From assembly GCF_001194135.2 (NCBI RefSeq), contig NC_068983.1, forward strand, positions 163,636,492 through 163,700,491: a stretch of 64,000 nt of DNA, written 5' to 3'. A model generated the notes under the pieces. That model saw nothing but the letters and a program-made list of their open reading frames with translations, was not told the origin of the DNA and did no database searches. Origin of the DNA: Octopus bimaculoides. Its lineage: Eukaryota. This document shows, piece after piece, positions 11,446 to 24,778 of this stretch. Position numbers and translations under genes: made by a program. Within the stretch, counting starts at the first letter, position 1; the number at the start of each line of letters is the position of its first letter.

Positions 11446-13121
11446 TATATGATATGGTATTAGTTTACGATAAATTTTCGTTTTGTAATCTTTGTATTAT
11501 TTTTGTTAATAGTTTAGAATGACAGCGTATCAAAGCTAATTAAAATATATGTAATTTTCTTTCTGTCGGAATTTATTTAATTTATAAAGTTTTATGTACT
11601 CAAAGAGATATCAGATTAAACATTACAATCAGATGAAAATAATAAAAGGGTATCGATTAAAGTAAAACAATGTATTTGTGTTGTTGAGTGATTCTAAATT
11701 GCAGCAACAGCGGTGACTATCTTTACGCCATAATAACACTGCAGTATGATGACGAAAGCAAGTCCAAGCGTCAGCATGTATCAAGAATTTTAATTCCAAT
11801 CATTGAACACTCACTGAAATACATGATCGATTGCTTGTAAATTTGCACAAGGGACATTTGGTCAGGAAGAAAAAAGTACAAGGAATGGGGAGGGGAACAG
11901 GAGTGAGATGGGTTGAAGTCGATCCCATTGGGATCGATCTGATGTTGTGAGCAATTAAACTTATATACCGTAAATAATTTAGCAAGGTTCTTTATCTTCA
12001 GTTCCAATTCTACACCGAATAAATTATTGAAGAACACAGATACATCATATTATAATTAATTCTCTTTTTATTAATGCAAGTAATATAACCAGTTTCTAGA
12101 AGTCTCGTTATTAGAGATATCCATTTAGAAATGACCAGACACTTGAGTTGAAAAATTGTGGCGTTTACACTTTTCTTCTAAGAATATTTAGTAGCACAGA
12201 TAAAGTTAATGGAAACAATTTTACATAACCAGTTTACATCGTGATTAATTCTAATCTCGACAGCACTCGCTCCTTTTGAAGAATGAAAATAAAAAATAGA
12301 AAGAATTGCCATTCCAAACGTCGTAATGACCACACTGTCAAATAAAGGTCTCAACATTTATTGCTATTTTTTGTCGATGGTGGTGGGGAGTTAATGTTTC
12401 ACTCTTGCATTACACATTATTCTGCCAATGTTCTTCACGATTGCATTTAGTTGATCGCATTTGGTACTCGTCTTTACACTTACGGCCATTATTCTTACAT
12501 CACCTTGCTCAAATCATTATTACAGCATTATTAATAGACAAGGGTATTTATTAACTCCTTACAATTTTGCGTCACCTTTTGCCTGATCAATTCTATTCAA
12601 AAACCCTAATAGTGAATAGCTGTACTTGATCTCAAATAATCACTGAATTACCCATCCCCTTCACTTCGATCAATTATCATAATAATTATCTCTAAGAGCC
12701 TCCTCTCAAATATTTTGCGGGACACAATTTAAGAAATATGTTCTTATCTTTAGGTGTAATGATAGACATTACTGGTGTAGAGTGACACATGCGATTAAAT
12801 GGACAGTGAGATATTGTGAGTCATTGGAGCATCGGGAAAATTCCTTGCAGTATTTGTTCCGGCCTTTTATGCTCTGAGTTAAAATTTTGTCGAGGTCGAC
12901 ACTGCCTCTTATCCTCGGAGTCAATAAGTAAAGAGAGAGAGAGGGGGGGGGAGTAAGTGAGTGAGTGGAGGGGGAGACTATAAGCAAAACCAAATATATG
13001 ACACCCTAAGTATAACACCAACATGAACTTCTAACTTGTTGTCTCTTGAGATCTCTGAGTGAGACTTGGAGTCAACTTGTACAAATACAAAGCAAAATTC
13101 AAACAAACAAACAAACAAACA

Positions 13122-13176
<55 letters not shown>

Positions 13177-13203
13177 GTAGTAGTAGTAGTAGTAGTAGTA
13201 GTA

Positions 13204-15255
13204 ATTCCTATCTAGCTAGTGTAAGATTCCTACCTAGCTACTGTAATGAAAAGACCGCTTTGTCATGAGGCCGATGCGAAGGCCCTTCCACCCCACCACC
13301 TCTACCCCGTATTCAAACTGGGATCGAGGCAATTATTTTTTTTTTCCTTCAGTCGGAATGTCGGCGACTAAACCGGCAAGCCTGCAGAGCTTGCTCTGTG
13401 AGGAGGGTGTATAGTTCTTGCTATTTTGACACCTTACAGGAAGAAAAAAAAGACCTGTATAAAGGCTAATGAACTGTTACGAGGCAACAGCCACCCAAAT
13501 AGCATAAACGTAAGAGGCAGAAGCAATCGTAACGCTTGAACACCCCTTCTAGGAGACGGAAACTCTACAGATTAAACCAGGATTACAGGAATCCTATATC
13601 CTTGGGTGGAGATGGTACCACAGGAAGAAAAATACTGGTGGTCCTGCAACCTAAAATTCCCTAACCCTCATTATGAGTGCTAAAATGTCAAATAAAAATA
13701 GAAATGAGAATGGCGTGAATGAAGCTGGAACACCTTGTGAAGGTCTTTCGCCTGACGGGTGCCCCACGGGGGAGCAGCGTGGACCCAGTCGTCATCAAGC
13801 AACTGCTAAAACAAGGTGGACGAAAGAAATGAATGTGGCTGTAATGGAATGCTACTTTCTGGGTAATCCGAGAAATAATAATGAAGTACCCGCTAGGGGA
13901 TATAGGATGAGAATGTACAGGGCATGGAACGACAGAGGAAGAAAACAAGCAGGAGGCTAAGATTATTGATCAGGAAAACGATGAGAGAACCGAGGAACAG
14001 ATATCCATTTTAAATGAAATCATTGATATTTGGACCTCAGGTGAATAGAGCCATCATATGGGGTTTAAAAAAGTACACAGAAAGAAACTCAATGAATGGA
14101 TCAGAAAGATAAATGATATCATTGGTGATATCAGGACTGACAACAACACGGATACCAACAATCTGATAAATGCAATCTCGAAAGTTAGGTTTGAAAGCCA
14201 AAGGTAAATGTGAACATAACCTGAAGGAACCATGGTGTGAAAGGAGAATAACGCAGTCTATTAACGGGACCAGAAAGCATATTAAAATTCTGGAACGGAA
14301 AAAGAGAAATGAAGTCAGAATATGTTGAGCTAGAGAGGAAGTATTGAACGAAGAGAAAGGGAATCAATGTTGTGATTAAGGAATTAAAACCGACTTTGAA
14401 AGTACATAAAGTAAAGAGCACATAACCTAAAGAGATATGAACAGAGAATTGAGCGGTACAGATTAAACAGACTTTTCGTACAAAATTAGAAACGAGACTA
14501 TCAGGAATTGGATGGAAAAGAAAAAGGTGGAAATGCCGTGCCGGATGTTGAAGAACGCAAAAGATTCTGGTCAAACATATGGTCTCAGGAGAAACAACAT
14601 GAAACTGAAGCAGAGTGGTTAAAGACACTCAAAGAGGAGAGTGGAGAGTATCAGCCGGAGGATTTGAGAATAACCAAGGACATGATTAGAGATCGATGCA
14701 GGAAAATTCCTAACTGGAAAGCGCCTAGCCCCGATGGAGTTCACGGCTTTTGGCTTAAAAACTTGACAGCTCTGCACAGGAAAATTGTGAGACAGATGGA
14801 CGAAATACTGAGTAGTGACATCCAAGTACCGGCCTGGATGACAAAAGGAACAACGGTACTATGTCAGAAGAACCCAAGTAAAGGGAATGCATTTGGAAAC
14901 TTCCGATCAAAATCTTGTTTACCACTGGTGTGGAAACTGATGACGGGCATCCTATCAAACAGCATCTATAAGTACCTAGATGAGAACGACCTACTACCAG
15001 TGGAACGAAAAGTATGTAGATGTAAGAGCAGAGGAACAAAGGATCAATTACTCATCGATAAGACTACTCGAGCTGATTGCAAGAAGAGACACAACAATTT
15101 GGCGATAGCATGGGTGGACTACAAGAAAGCATATGGCATGGTTCCACACTCGTCGATTATTGAATGTCTTAAACTGCTTAAGGTCTCCCACAATATCCTG
15201 ACGTTAATACAAAGCTCAATGGTAACATGGCGAACTGAACTCACAGCATGGGAAG
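13204..15255 (+). mobile_element. R4/Dong-clade non-LTR retrotransposon, 5' half (5' UTR, N-terminal domain, RT subdomains), 3'-truncated
   Basis: ORF 13673 has RWTKEMNVAVMECYF...RGYRMRMYRAW (R4/Dong N-terminal motif). ORF 14508-15416 has FWSNIW, NWKAPSPDGVHGFWLK, CLPLVWKLMTG, SRGTKDQLLID and AWVDYKKAYGMVPHS. It begins directly after (AAT)n(AGT)n and has frameshifts and stops. Confidence 0.9.
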
Positions 15256-17860
15256 ATAAGGTTTCAACTTCTGAAAGTCTCAACTCTGCTTTCTCTCGTT
15301 TTGCCTTTGTACATATATTGACGCAAATAAGAAAATGGAGAGGATACAAAAGACATACATCATCCGGTAGACATTCCAGTGTGTCTGTTTTATTCCGCAG
15401 CATTAGAAAGTATTAGTAGAAAACATGCACCTTTGGTTTCCCAACCTCTAACTCTCACAGAAATATATAGATATTCGTTCCTCCTTGCCTGTCCCTGACG
15501 TGCTTGATATCTCCTCGGTTTTTATCTAATCATTGTTCACTATTTCATTCACTTGAGTTATTTCTATCGTTTGCTTCTAAAGAGCTTTTGTTGTTACGTT
15601 GGTGTGATGAAAACACAAAGCATGATTATAAAGTTCGATGGAACATTGCAAACGCTGGCATGTAAGCAATGTCTGTCTTGGTCGACCATGACGTTCACTT
15701 CCAGTTTCACATTTCAGAAAATTAATTTACAGAACTACACTCTTCCTCAAATAGAAAGCCATTATCTCCTTTTAAGTCGATGTCTTGGAGGAGGGACGTT
15801 AACGATTATCTTCTAGCTCATTTACACAAAGCGCATCATAAAAAAGTTTGTATTTTAAATCAGCAGCGAAGATTTTTGCTGAATAGAAACAAAAAACTTT
15901 ATGAAGAAATCAATTTTTCTATTAGCATATCTTGACCTTTGAACTGGCACGGTTCTCAGAGAACTCCCTATACCTTACTTGGTAATTTCTTTAAAGCCAA
16001 AATATCAATAATCTCTGATGGAGGGGAGGGAAATACCATATGTTATTAGATCTGTATTATTTAGCAGCCTGAGTTCATAATTGATGAGTCACTGAAATGG
16101 CATAAAGCATAACCTTCAACCCTCACTAAATGACCGAAAAATCCGTAACCCAAAATAGCATTTTATATGTCAATTAAATTTTAGAGTCGCCATTGCTGTG
16201 TAAATCGAGCGAGTAAAATATTCCAAAGAGAAATGAGGAGAAAAAGCGACAAGTTTCGACCATGATCCCCGAAGGAGAATTAATTGATCAAAGCAACGCT
16301 ACAGATATTGGTGGAGAAGGAAAATTAAATAATATCTGTGAAACAAACAATAAATTCTTATTAGCTATCTCATGTGAAAATTTGATAGAAAGATATAAAT
16401 ATCTGTGATAGGCGGGAATATTACGACTAGTTAATAAAATAACTGTATTCAATCCGAATCTAGATTAATTTTTGGTCAAAGGGGAGAACGGATGGGCAAT
16501 ATTTTCATATTGGCAAATTCGAATGTTGCGGACGACGATCAGATTGTTAAAAATGATGTATATTTGATGCCAGTTAATGTGTTTATTGCTTATGAGAATC
16601 AACTTTTTAATGGAATCATTTATTTATTGGAAAACATATATAAATGACCGACACAGATGTTTAATATTTCAGTCGTTTATTAGAATCATGTTTTCAGTTT
16701 GAAGAATAAGTAACAAACTGTAAATTAGTGAGTTTCGAAATTTGAGTAAACTGAAATAAGCCATTTACTCTTCTTCTACTTTTCCATTTATCGTATGCAG
16801 AAGTATTTAAAGCTTGTCTGATCGTTGTGAAACTTTTTTGTTTTGTTTGGTCAGAAAAAGAAGGAGTTTTTCTCAAACCAGAAACCTATATCGAACTCTT
16901 GTAATAGATTTGGCTTCGTTAATGTTAGCGATGAAGAAGCATAGTTTACAATAAAAAAATAACGGTCCCTTGACGGGCTTCCAATCAATTTCTATCTACG
17001 AAAGTTTTCTGTTGAGTATTTAATCGAGTCCAGGTCTGATACATGATATTTGTCCATGGTACCGTAGAATGGCATTGAAACCTAAACCACGCAGTTAGGT
17101 AGCAAACCATTTAACCACAACCATGCTTGCATTCAATTAATGCGCTAACCAGACAGCTATATTTAAATAATCAATTACAAAAAAAAAAAAAAGGTACCCA
17201 ATGTGTCAACTGTCTACACTTTAACATTTGCTTGACTTTTTCTCGGTAAAGTTACCTGTTTGTGCTATATTGTTACGTTCCAGTTTATATTTCTTGTTAA
17301 TTGTTAAAGGTGAAACGTGATTCAACAGAGTTCTAAGCTTCTAAATTTAACTCGAAATTTATTAAATTAAAATGTCATCCAAAGATAACAGAACAGAACA
17401 GTGTAAACCGAGAAAAAATACTATATTCTATACAAAGTGTATGTTAGAAAAAAAGTAGGAAAACTATGCTTTATACGATTGGTGCATTTCAAAAAACAAG
17501 AAAAAAAAACAAAAAACAAATATTGCGTAAATATAAAATATTGATAATGTTTAAAAAGAATTGATTATTAATTTAGGTGGCCCTTAATCTACGCTCTGGA
17601 ATCAGCTGAAGGCTTATGACGTTTTACTTTCGAAAGTAAATAGTAAATGGGAAATAAACACAAGACGATAGATATTTACATGACAGATATTTGTTCTCAA
17701 CTAAACCCAAGTTAATTGCTATGCCTAAAATCAAAGATTTGGCCTCAAAACCTAACGCTAAACAACTATTGTTGTTTAGCCTTGGGCTATATATGGTATT
17801 TTGTTGGGGCATATCTACGACCACCAACGTGCTTTGCCATTTTGATATTGGTTGAATAGA

Positions 17861-18295
17861 AGGCGGCGAGCTGGCAGAAACGTTAGCACTCCGGACGAAA
17901 TGCTTAGTGGTGTTTCCTCTGCCTTTACGTTCTGAGTTCGAATTCCGCCGAGGTCGACTTTGCCTTTCATCCTTTCGGGATCGATAAATTAAGTACCAGC
18001 AACGCACTGGGGGCGATGTAATCGACTTAATCCCTTTGTCTGTTCTTGTTTGTCTCCTCTATTTTTGGCCTCTGGTGGGCAATAAAGAAGTAAGAAACGT
18101 TAGTACGCCGGACGAAATGCTTAGTGGTATTTCGTCTGTCGCGACATTCTGAATTCAAATTCCGCCGAGTTCAACTTTGCCTTTCATCCTTTCGGGGTTG
18201 ATAAATTAAATACCAATTATGTGCTGGGATCGATCTAATCGATTGGTCCCCTCCCCCCAAATTTCAGGCCTTGTGCCTAGAGCAGAAACGAATAT
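17861..18295 (+). mobile_element. SINE family A tandem dimer
   Basis: Two head-to-tail monomers (17861-~18097 and ~18092-18295) with different 3' tails, joined at AGAAACGTTAG. Confidence 0.9.
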
Positions 18296-18799
18296 TGGTT
18301 GAATGATACTTGGGGTACATCAGCTTGCTGTTTCGAGTAAATTCCAGCGACAATGAAGAATCTCTTTCGTTACCTCGTTCTACCGATGGATGATGAGAGG
18401 AAAAGAGCACCAGGTGAAATATAAAATATTCTTTCGCAAATTATTTGAAAAGATAATAATGGGTCAATCAATGGAATTCATAGATTGAAACATCCGATCA
18501 AAAATAAACGTAAGTCCGTTGACTAAATAATCAATCGGCATCATACACGACTATCGAATTCTGCTGGAAAAATGAGAGGAAGACGATCAATGCATGTTAT
18601 AGTGTATGTGAGTATTTGAGATTGCATATTCATCCCGTGATTTGAGATTGACACCCACGCGATCTTCAGACAAGAATTCGTGTCTGTCTGCCTGAATGTA
18701 TGTATGTATGCATGCGTGTATGTATTATGTGAGTATAGCAGGTTAGTATGTATGTATCAATGTATTTATGTATGCATGTAGGATATGTATGTGTGTATG

Positions 18800-19712
18800 T
18801 CATCATTTAATTTATTTCACGATTTCTTGCCCATAGAGAAAGAAGCGTTTTCTAACCTAGATCCAAGGCTCCTTCATTGGAATTTCAGCATCAACAACAG
18901 AGTATTTTTGTTTGTTTGTATGCATGTATGTATGTATTCTCATGTATATAGCTACATATCTAGACATGCTCATATATATTTAAATGATAAACTTCTGGAA
19001 AGTTCTACAGATTTTTACAGTTCCAGTGATGGATTGGGTCTGTAGCCTTCGAATTAGCTGTTTCTTTTCAGGATTTGAGAACCCTAATTTCTCAAGATTG
19101 GTATTTAGGCAGTGTGTTACATATCCCAGGCCCCCAATAATTACAGGTATAAACCTGAACTTGTAATCTGGATAGAGTAACTGCAGATTTCTCAATAGTT
19201 CAGCATAGGTGTTCTCTTTTTCACTGATCTTCAGCTTTATGTTAACATCCACTGGGCAGCTAATTTCCACAACTGTGCACAGTTTCTCTTCTCTATCCCA
19301 AATCATTATATCAAGTCTGTTGTGCTTACATTTTATTGAGGCCTTCACCGGTACATTCCGCCAATATTCCTTTTCATTATGAATGGCTATGGCTTCTAAC
19401 TCATATTGTAGGTTCTTATTTCTTTGTCCTCGGGATTATCCTTCCAACGGATTTCATTATTGAATGTCCTAACCAGAAAGTCATATTTCATCGGTAGATT
19501 ATACCGTGATGACATTTTCAGACAACTGCTTATGATGTGGGCGGTATCTTCGGTGTTAACTCCACAAAGTCTGCATCAGTTGTCACATTTTACTGCTTTT
19601 CCTGCATCTTTGTCCCTTTTGTGCATCAGATACTTGGTTGATATTTCCTGCTCCTGGATTGCAAAGACATACCCTTCAAAGTGGGAGGTAGTAATCCGGC
19701 TATTTGTTAGGT
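18800..19712 (-). mobile_element. R4-related RLE non-LTR retrotransposon 3' end inserted in (TACA)n
   Basis: Minus strand gives EGYVFAIQEQEISTKY, a CRLCG..E...HIISSC zinc knuckle and the RLE domain HNRLDIMIWD...VEISCP...KENTYAEL...IPVIIGGLG (ORF 18980-19348). (TATG)n lies on both sides. Confidence 0.9.
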
Positions 19713-20098
19713 ATATATGTCTGTCTATATGTATATATTATGTGAGTATGCATGTATGTATGTTTGTATGTATGTATGTATCTATATACTTATGTATGCA
19801 TGTATGTAGAGTATGTATGTGTGAATAGGTGTGTATGATTGTATGTATGTATGTACGTATGTATGTATCTATTTGTATGAATGTTTGTATGTATGTATGT
19901 ATGTATGTATTATGCGTGTACTTATCTTTTGTTTCAATCATTAGTTTGTGGCCATGCTAAGGCACTGCTTTGAAGAATTTTAGTCGAACGAATCGAATGA
20001 AGTACTTCTTTCTAAAGCCTGGTCCTAATTTTTTTGCCGCTATATTATGAGGACGTAGTTGCAAAAGAATATAGCGCTATATTATGAGGACATAGTTT

Positions 20099-20270
20099 TA
20101 GCGATGGCTAACCTCTCAAGGCGCGAGGGCACCGTCCACGGCAAAAAACGGGACCGGCGATGACTTATTCGTGTGGGCCTTAGACTCGGATTTGGTGGTG
20201 CGAGACAACCACTCGAATGGACAGCGTACGCGTAAAACTATCTGACGTCGTGCGTGTGGGACCACCCACA
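20099..20270 (+). mobile_element. Possible hAT end fragment (GC-rich)
   Basis: TAGCGATGGCTAACCT resembles CAGTGATGG-type hAT termini. No partner TIR was found. Confidence 0.3.
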
Positions 20271-20354
20271 TTGAATCAATAGGGAAAGATTATAACACCT
20301 AATGTAAGGAGGTGGTGGTGGGGGGAAAAGAAAGAACACATACATATATGCGTA

Positions 20355-20412
<58 letters not shown>

Positions 20413-20429
20413 TATATATATTCTATATA

Positions 20430-20479
<50 letters not shown>

Positions 20480-20495
20480 TGATATATCTATAAAA

Positions 20496-20671
20496 TAACA
20501 ATAATTCTGGGTTGGAATTTATAAATATCTTATGCATCGCTACGCGCGTTTTCACAAATCACATGATTTTGACATCAGAGTCGGTATCCTGATGTCAAAA
20601 TCATGTCGTTTGTGGAAATGCACGCAGTGATGTATTAGAAATTTATAAATTTCATTCTAGAATTATTGTTA
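20496..20671. repeat. Long palindromic foldback (MITE-like), ~83-bp arms, 10-nt loop
   Basis: Innermost acatgattttgacatcag / ctgatgtcaaaatcatgt is a perfect 18-bp stem. The arms continue imperfectly to taacaataattct / agaattattgtta. Confidence 0.9.
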
Positions 20672-20828
20672 ACATTATAATTTATCCTACATTATATCGG
20701 TATAATGATGATGCAACCTCGAAAACTGACTCACTAGTCAGTATCATTAGATGATAGCCGGCATAATGAGATAGAAGCTCTATTCGCATATACCTAACGT
20801 TACCGAAAGCGAATTTAAAAGATATGTG

Positions 20829-20877
<49 letters not shown>

Positions 20878-20925
20878 ACACACACATACATTTATATATT
20901 TGTATGTAAGTTGTGCCTCTTTCAG

Positions 20926-21149
20926 TTTCCTTATTTCTTTATTGTCCAGAAGGGGCTAAACATAGAGGGGACAAATAAGGAGAGACAAAGGGATTAAGTC
21001 GATTACATCGACCCCAGTGCGTAACTGGTACTTAATTTATCGACCCCGAAAGGATAAAAGGCAAAGTCGACCTCGGCGGATTTTGAACTCAGACGAAATA
21101 CCGCTAAGCATTTCACCCGGTGTGCTAACGATTCTGCCAGCTCGCCGTC
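20926..21149 (-). mobile_element. SINE family A, long-tail monomer with small internal deletion
   Basis: Reverse-complement match to 17861-18097. Confidence 0.9.
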
Positions 21150-21275
21150 TTTTTCAGTTTCCGTCCACCAAATCCACTCACAAGGCTTTGGTCGTCCCGG
21201 GGCTATAATCGAAGGTACCTGCCAAAGATACTGGAACCTTGTGGTTAAGAAGCAAACTTCTTACCACACAGCCAT
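21150..21275 (-). mobile_element. SINE family B, 5' half
   Basis: ttcagtttccgtccaccaaatccactcacaaggctttggtcg...aagcaaacttcttaccacacagcc. Confidence 0.8.
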
Positions 21276-22040
21276 AAATTCAAAGGTACATACAAAAATA
21301 CATGCATCTACGTGTTTGTGTGTGTGTGTGAATTTTATATTTGCATAACGTAGACAGTAATCTTGAAATCAACTGTGCTCTGTATTGTAAAATGTAGAAA
21401 TTGTTCCGAGAGAAATTAATGATTTAATGTCCATTCACCATATAAGGAAAGAAATGCATATATAATAGAAAGGCAATTAAGGCTAAACCTGAGAAAATAC
21501 TTTAGCCAAAAGTTAAATATTCCAAACATTTAATTTTCTGAGAAAGACATTGAGTGGAAGCAACGAGGACTATAAAATGTTGTACAACTATTAGACTATA
21601 ATTACCAGACGTTTTAGTAATAAAAGAAGAATATTTGATATCATCTCATTTTGTTATACAAATACTGAAAATTATGTTTTCTTGTAATTTCTTCTCGCGA
21701 CAATTCGTCACGGTGAACATTTTAAAAATATTATAGATTGTTAAAAATTGTAATTATTTCATAAATAAATTTCAAATATTATTTATTGTGTAGTAACCAG
21801 ACAATTTTTTTAATATAAATTTATATGTATATCAATTCCAGGTAATAAAATCTACCTCATTTAGGTTTAACTGAGTTAATTAGATAATTACTGGTTTTCT
21901 ACTTAGCAATTTGCTGGTGAAATAACAACTTTGAGAATATATAGAAATGAATATATTCTGCGTGTCGTTACTCAGCATACTGGAAATAGCAAGTAAATTT
22001 CCCTCAAACCTCACTATAGAAAAACGAAAGGAATATACAT

Positions 22041-22109
<69 letters not shown>

Positions 22110-22767
22110 NNNNNNNNNNNNNNNNNNNNNNNNNNNNNNNNNNNNNNNNNNNNNNNNNNNNNNNNNNNNNNNNNNNNNNNNNNNNNNNNNNNNNNNNNNN
22201 NNNNNNNNNNNNNNNNNNNNNNNNNNNNNNNNNNNNNNNNNNNNNNNNNNNNNNNNNNNNNNNNNNNNNNNNNNNNNNNNNNNNNNNNNNNNNNNNNNNN
22301 NNNNNNNNNNNNNNNNNNNNNNNNNNNNNNNNNNNNNNNNNNNNNNNNNNNNNNNNNNNNNNNNNNNNNNNNNNNNNNNNNNNNNNNNNNNNNNNNNNNN
22401 NNNNNNNNNNNNNNNNNNNNNNNNNNNNNNNNNNNNNNNNNNNNNNNNNNNNNNNNNNNNNNNNNNNNNNNNNNNNNNNNNNNNNNNNNNNNNNNNNNNN
22501 NNNNNNNNNNNNNNNNNNNNNNNNNNNNNNNNNNNNNNNNNNNNNNNNNNNNNNNNNNNNNNNNNNNNNNNNNNNNNNNNNNNNNNNNNNNNNNNNNNNN
22601 NNNNNNNNNNNNNNNNNNNNNNNNNNNNNNNNNNNNNNNNNNNNNNNNNNNNNNNNNNNNNNNNNNNNNNNNNNNNNNNNNNNNNNNNNNNNNNNNNNNN
22701 NNNNNNNNNNNNNNNNNNNNNNNNNNNNNNNNNNNNNNNNNNNNNNNNNNNNNNNNNNNNNNNNNNN
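22110..22767. other. Assembly gap (largest of seven)
   Basis: N-run. The others are 2721-3073, 8010-8093, 24032-24570, 29670-29735, 35825-35891 and 45358-45551. Confidence 1.
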
Positions 22768-22787
22768 ATATATATATATATATATAT

Positions 22788-22825
<38 letters not shown>

Positions 22826-24570
22826 GTGCGTTATGTGTGCGTGCGCGCGTGTGTGTGTTGTGTATGTGTGTGCATGTATATATGTGTGTGAGTGTGTGCA
22901 TGTATATAAATATATATATATATATGTTTATATATGTTATACGTACATACATATGTATATATATATTTGATGTATGTTATGTGTTCGTGCGTGCGCGAGT
23001 GTGTGCCTCTGTGTGTGTGTGCATATGTGTGTTACTAGTTGGAAAGAATTTACAAAGAATTTATTTGAAATCACTTCCTAAATGACTGCAACCTCGTCAA
23101 GTTCACTCTAAAACCTGTCTTCCTATATCTGCACTCCTCTAAAATCTGTGGACATTAAATATGTCACTTCAGACACGTGGGGTTCCTTCCCTGAAATCCA
23201 CGACTCTACGCAGAATTCAAAGGAATCGTATGTCATTCCATAAAAGTAAAGTCAAATAAAAATATTCATTTCATTCGTAACAAAAAAGACAGAAAAAATA
23301 CAACAAAATAAAACATCAAAGAATTATAAATTCTTCTAATGTTTCCATTCCTAATCAGTGGTATCGATCTCTTTGCAATGTTTCTTATTAGCTTCTGACT
23401 AAAAGTTGAGAAGTGATGCTGTTGTAGCGATATTTTTATAAATGGTTAATCAAATCAATTCCGATTGGTAAACGAGTTTGAAATGATTCCTGACTCGACT
23501 CAGCTGACCACAGGTCACCAATTATTCAATGGTGAAGAGGTGTGATGTTATGACATTCATATTTTCTCCAAGATTATTCGCAACGTACACTAAACAAAAT
23601 GAATACGGACTAAACCAAATCGATAGAATAGGTATCGATTGATAAGTTAAATACAGTAAATGAAGATGTAAGTTCCAAGCAAGCGGGGACATAATGTTGT
23701 TTCTGTTTCCAGTTGTAGTTAAACCACATCACTCCAAACCCATCATTAATAACTTCCTAAAAGATATCAATATCCCACAATATCACTTTACCTCTCCCAC
23801 GACTCTTCTCTTACATATTTTTTCCTAATCAAAAGCAACCAATTAAAAAGCGAATTCAAAGTTCTGAGTCTAACGCTTCTCATTTTTTGTTAAATGCAAT
23901 TTATTTCGCTAATGTCGATATTAATCGCCACCTTCTTTAAAAAACACGTGTATGAGTGTGTGCGCGTATTTATATAAGTGCACACACTCACACACACATA
24001 TTTACACATATATGTATATATATATATATATNNNNNNNNNNNNNNNNNNNNNNNNNNNNNNNNNNNNNNNNNNNNNNNNNNNNNNNNNNNNNNNNNNNNN
24101 NNNNNNNNNNNNNNNNNNNNNNNNNNNNNNNNNNNNNNNNNNNNNNNNNNNNNNNNNNNNNNNNNNNNNNNNNNNNNNNNNNNNNNNNNNNNNNNNNNNN
24201 NNNNNNNNNNNNNNNNNNNNNNNNNNNNNNNNNNNNNNNNNNNNNNNNNNNNNNNNNNNNNNNNNNNNNNNNNNNNNNNNNNNNNNNNNNNNNNNNNNNN
24301 NNNNNNNNNNNNNNNNNNNNNNNNNNNNNNNNNNNNNNNNNNNNNNNNNNNNNNNNNNNNNNNNNNNNNNNNNNNNNNNNNNNNNNNNNNNNNNNNNNNN
24401 NNNNNNNNNNNNNNNNNNNNNNNNNNNNNNNNNNNNNNNNNNNNNNNNNNNNNNNNNNNNNNNNNNNNNNNNNNNNNNNNNNNNNNNNNNNNNNNNNNNN
24501 NNNNNNNNNNNNNNNNNNNNNNNNNNNNNNNNNNNNNNNNNNNNNNNNNNNNNNNNNNNNNNNNNNNNNN

Positions 24571-24610
<40 letters not shown>

Positions 24611-24611
24611 C

Positions 24612-24735
24612 GCTAGCTGAGTGGACTGGAGCAACGTGAGATAAAGTGTCTTGCCCAAGGACACATCATTGTCAAGAATCGAACTCAACCTTTCGATCGG
24701 GAGCCGAATACTCTACCCACTAAACCACGTTACTT
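24612..24735 (-). mobile_element. SINE family C2, head and CORE fragment
   Basis: gctgagtggactggagcaacgtgagataaagtgtcttgcccaaggacac...gaatcgaactc. Confidence 0.8.
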
Positions 24736-24778
24736 CAAGTGTTAAAAATGACGTTCAAAAATATCCTGGTGACTTTAA

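Noticed and set aside
11918-11938. TCGATCCC-ATT-GGGATCGA palindrome
   Set aside because: An isolated 8-bp stem with no terminal or target-site context; expected occasionally by chance.
13255-13295. Hammerhead in the Dong leader (TCATGAG-GCC..GGC-CCTT)
   Set aside because: The core is altered, there is no GAAA, and there is no stem I or III.
15255-15416. C-terminal part of the 302-aa ORF as genuine RT sequence
   Set aside because: RT similarity stops at about RTELTAW. The remainder is read-through into unrelated flanking DNA, so the ORF is not an intact protein.
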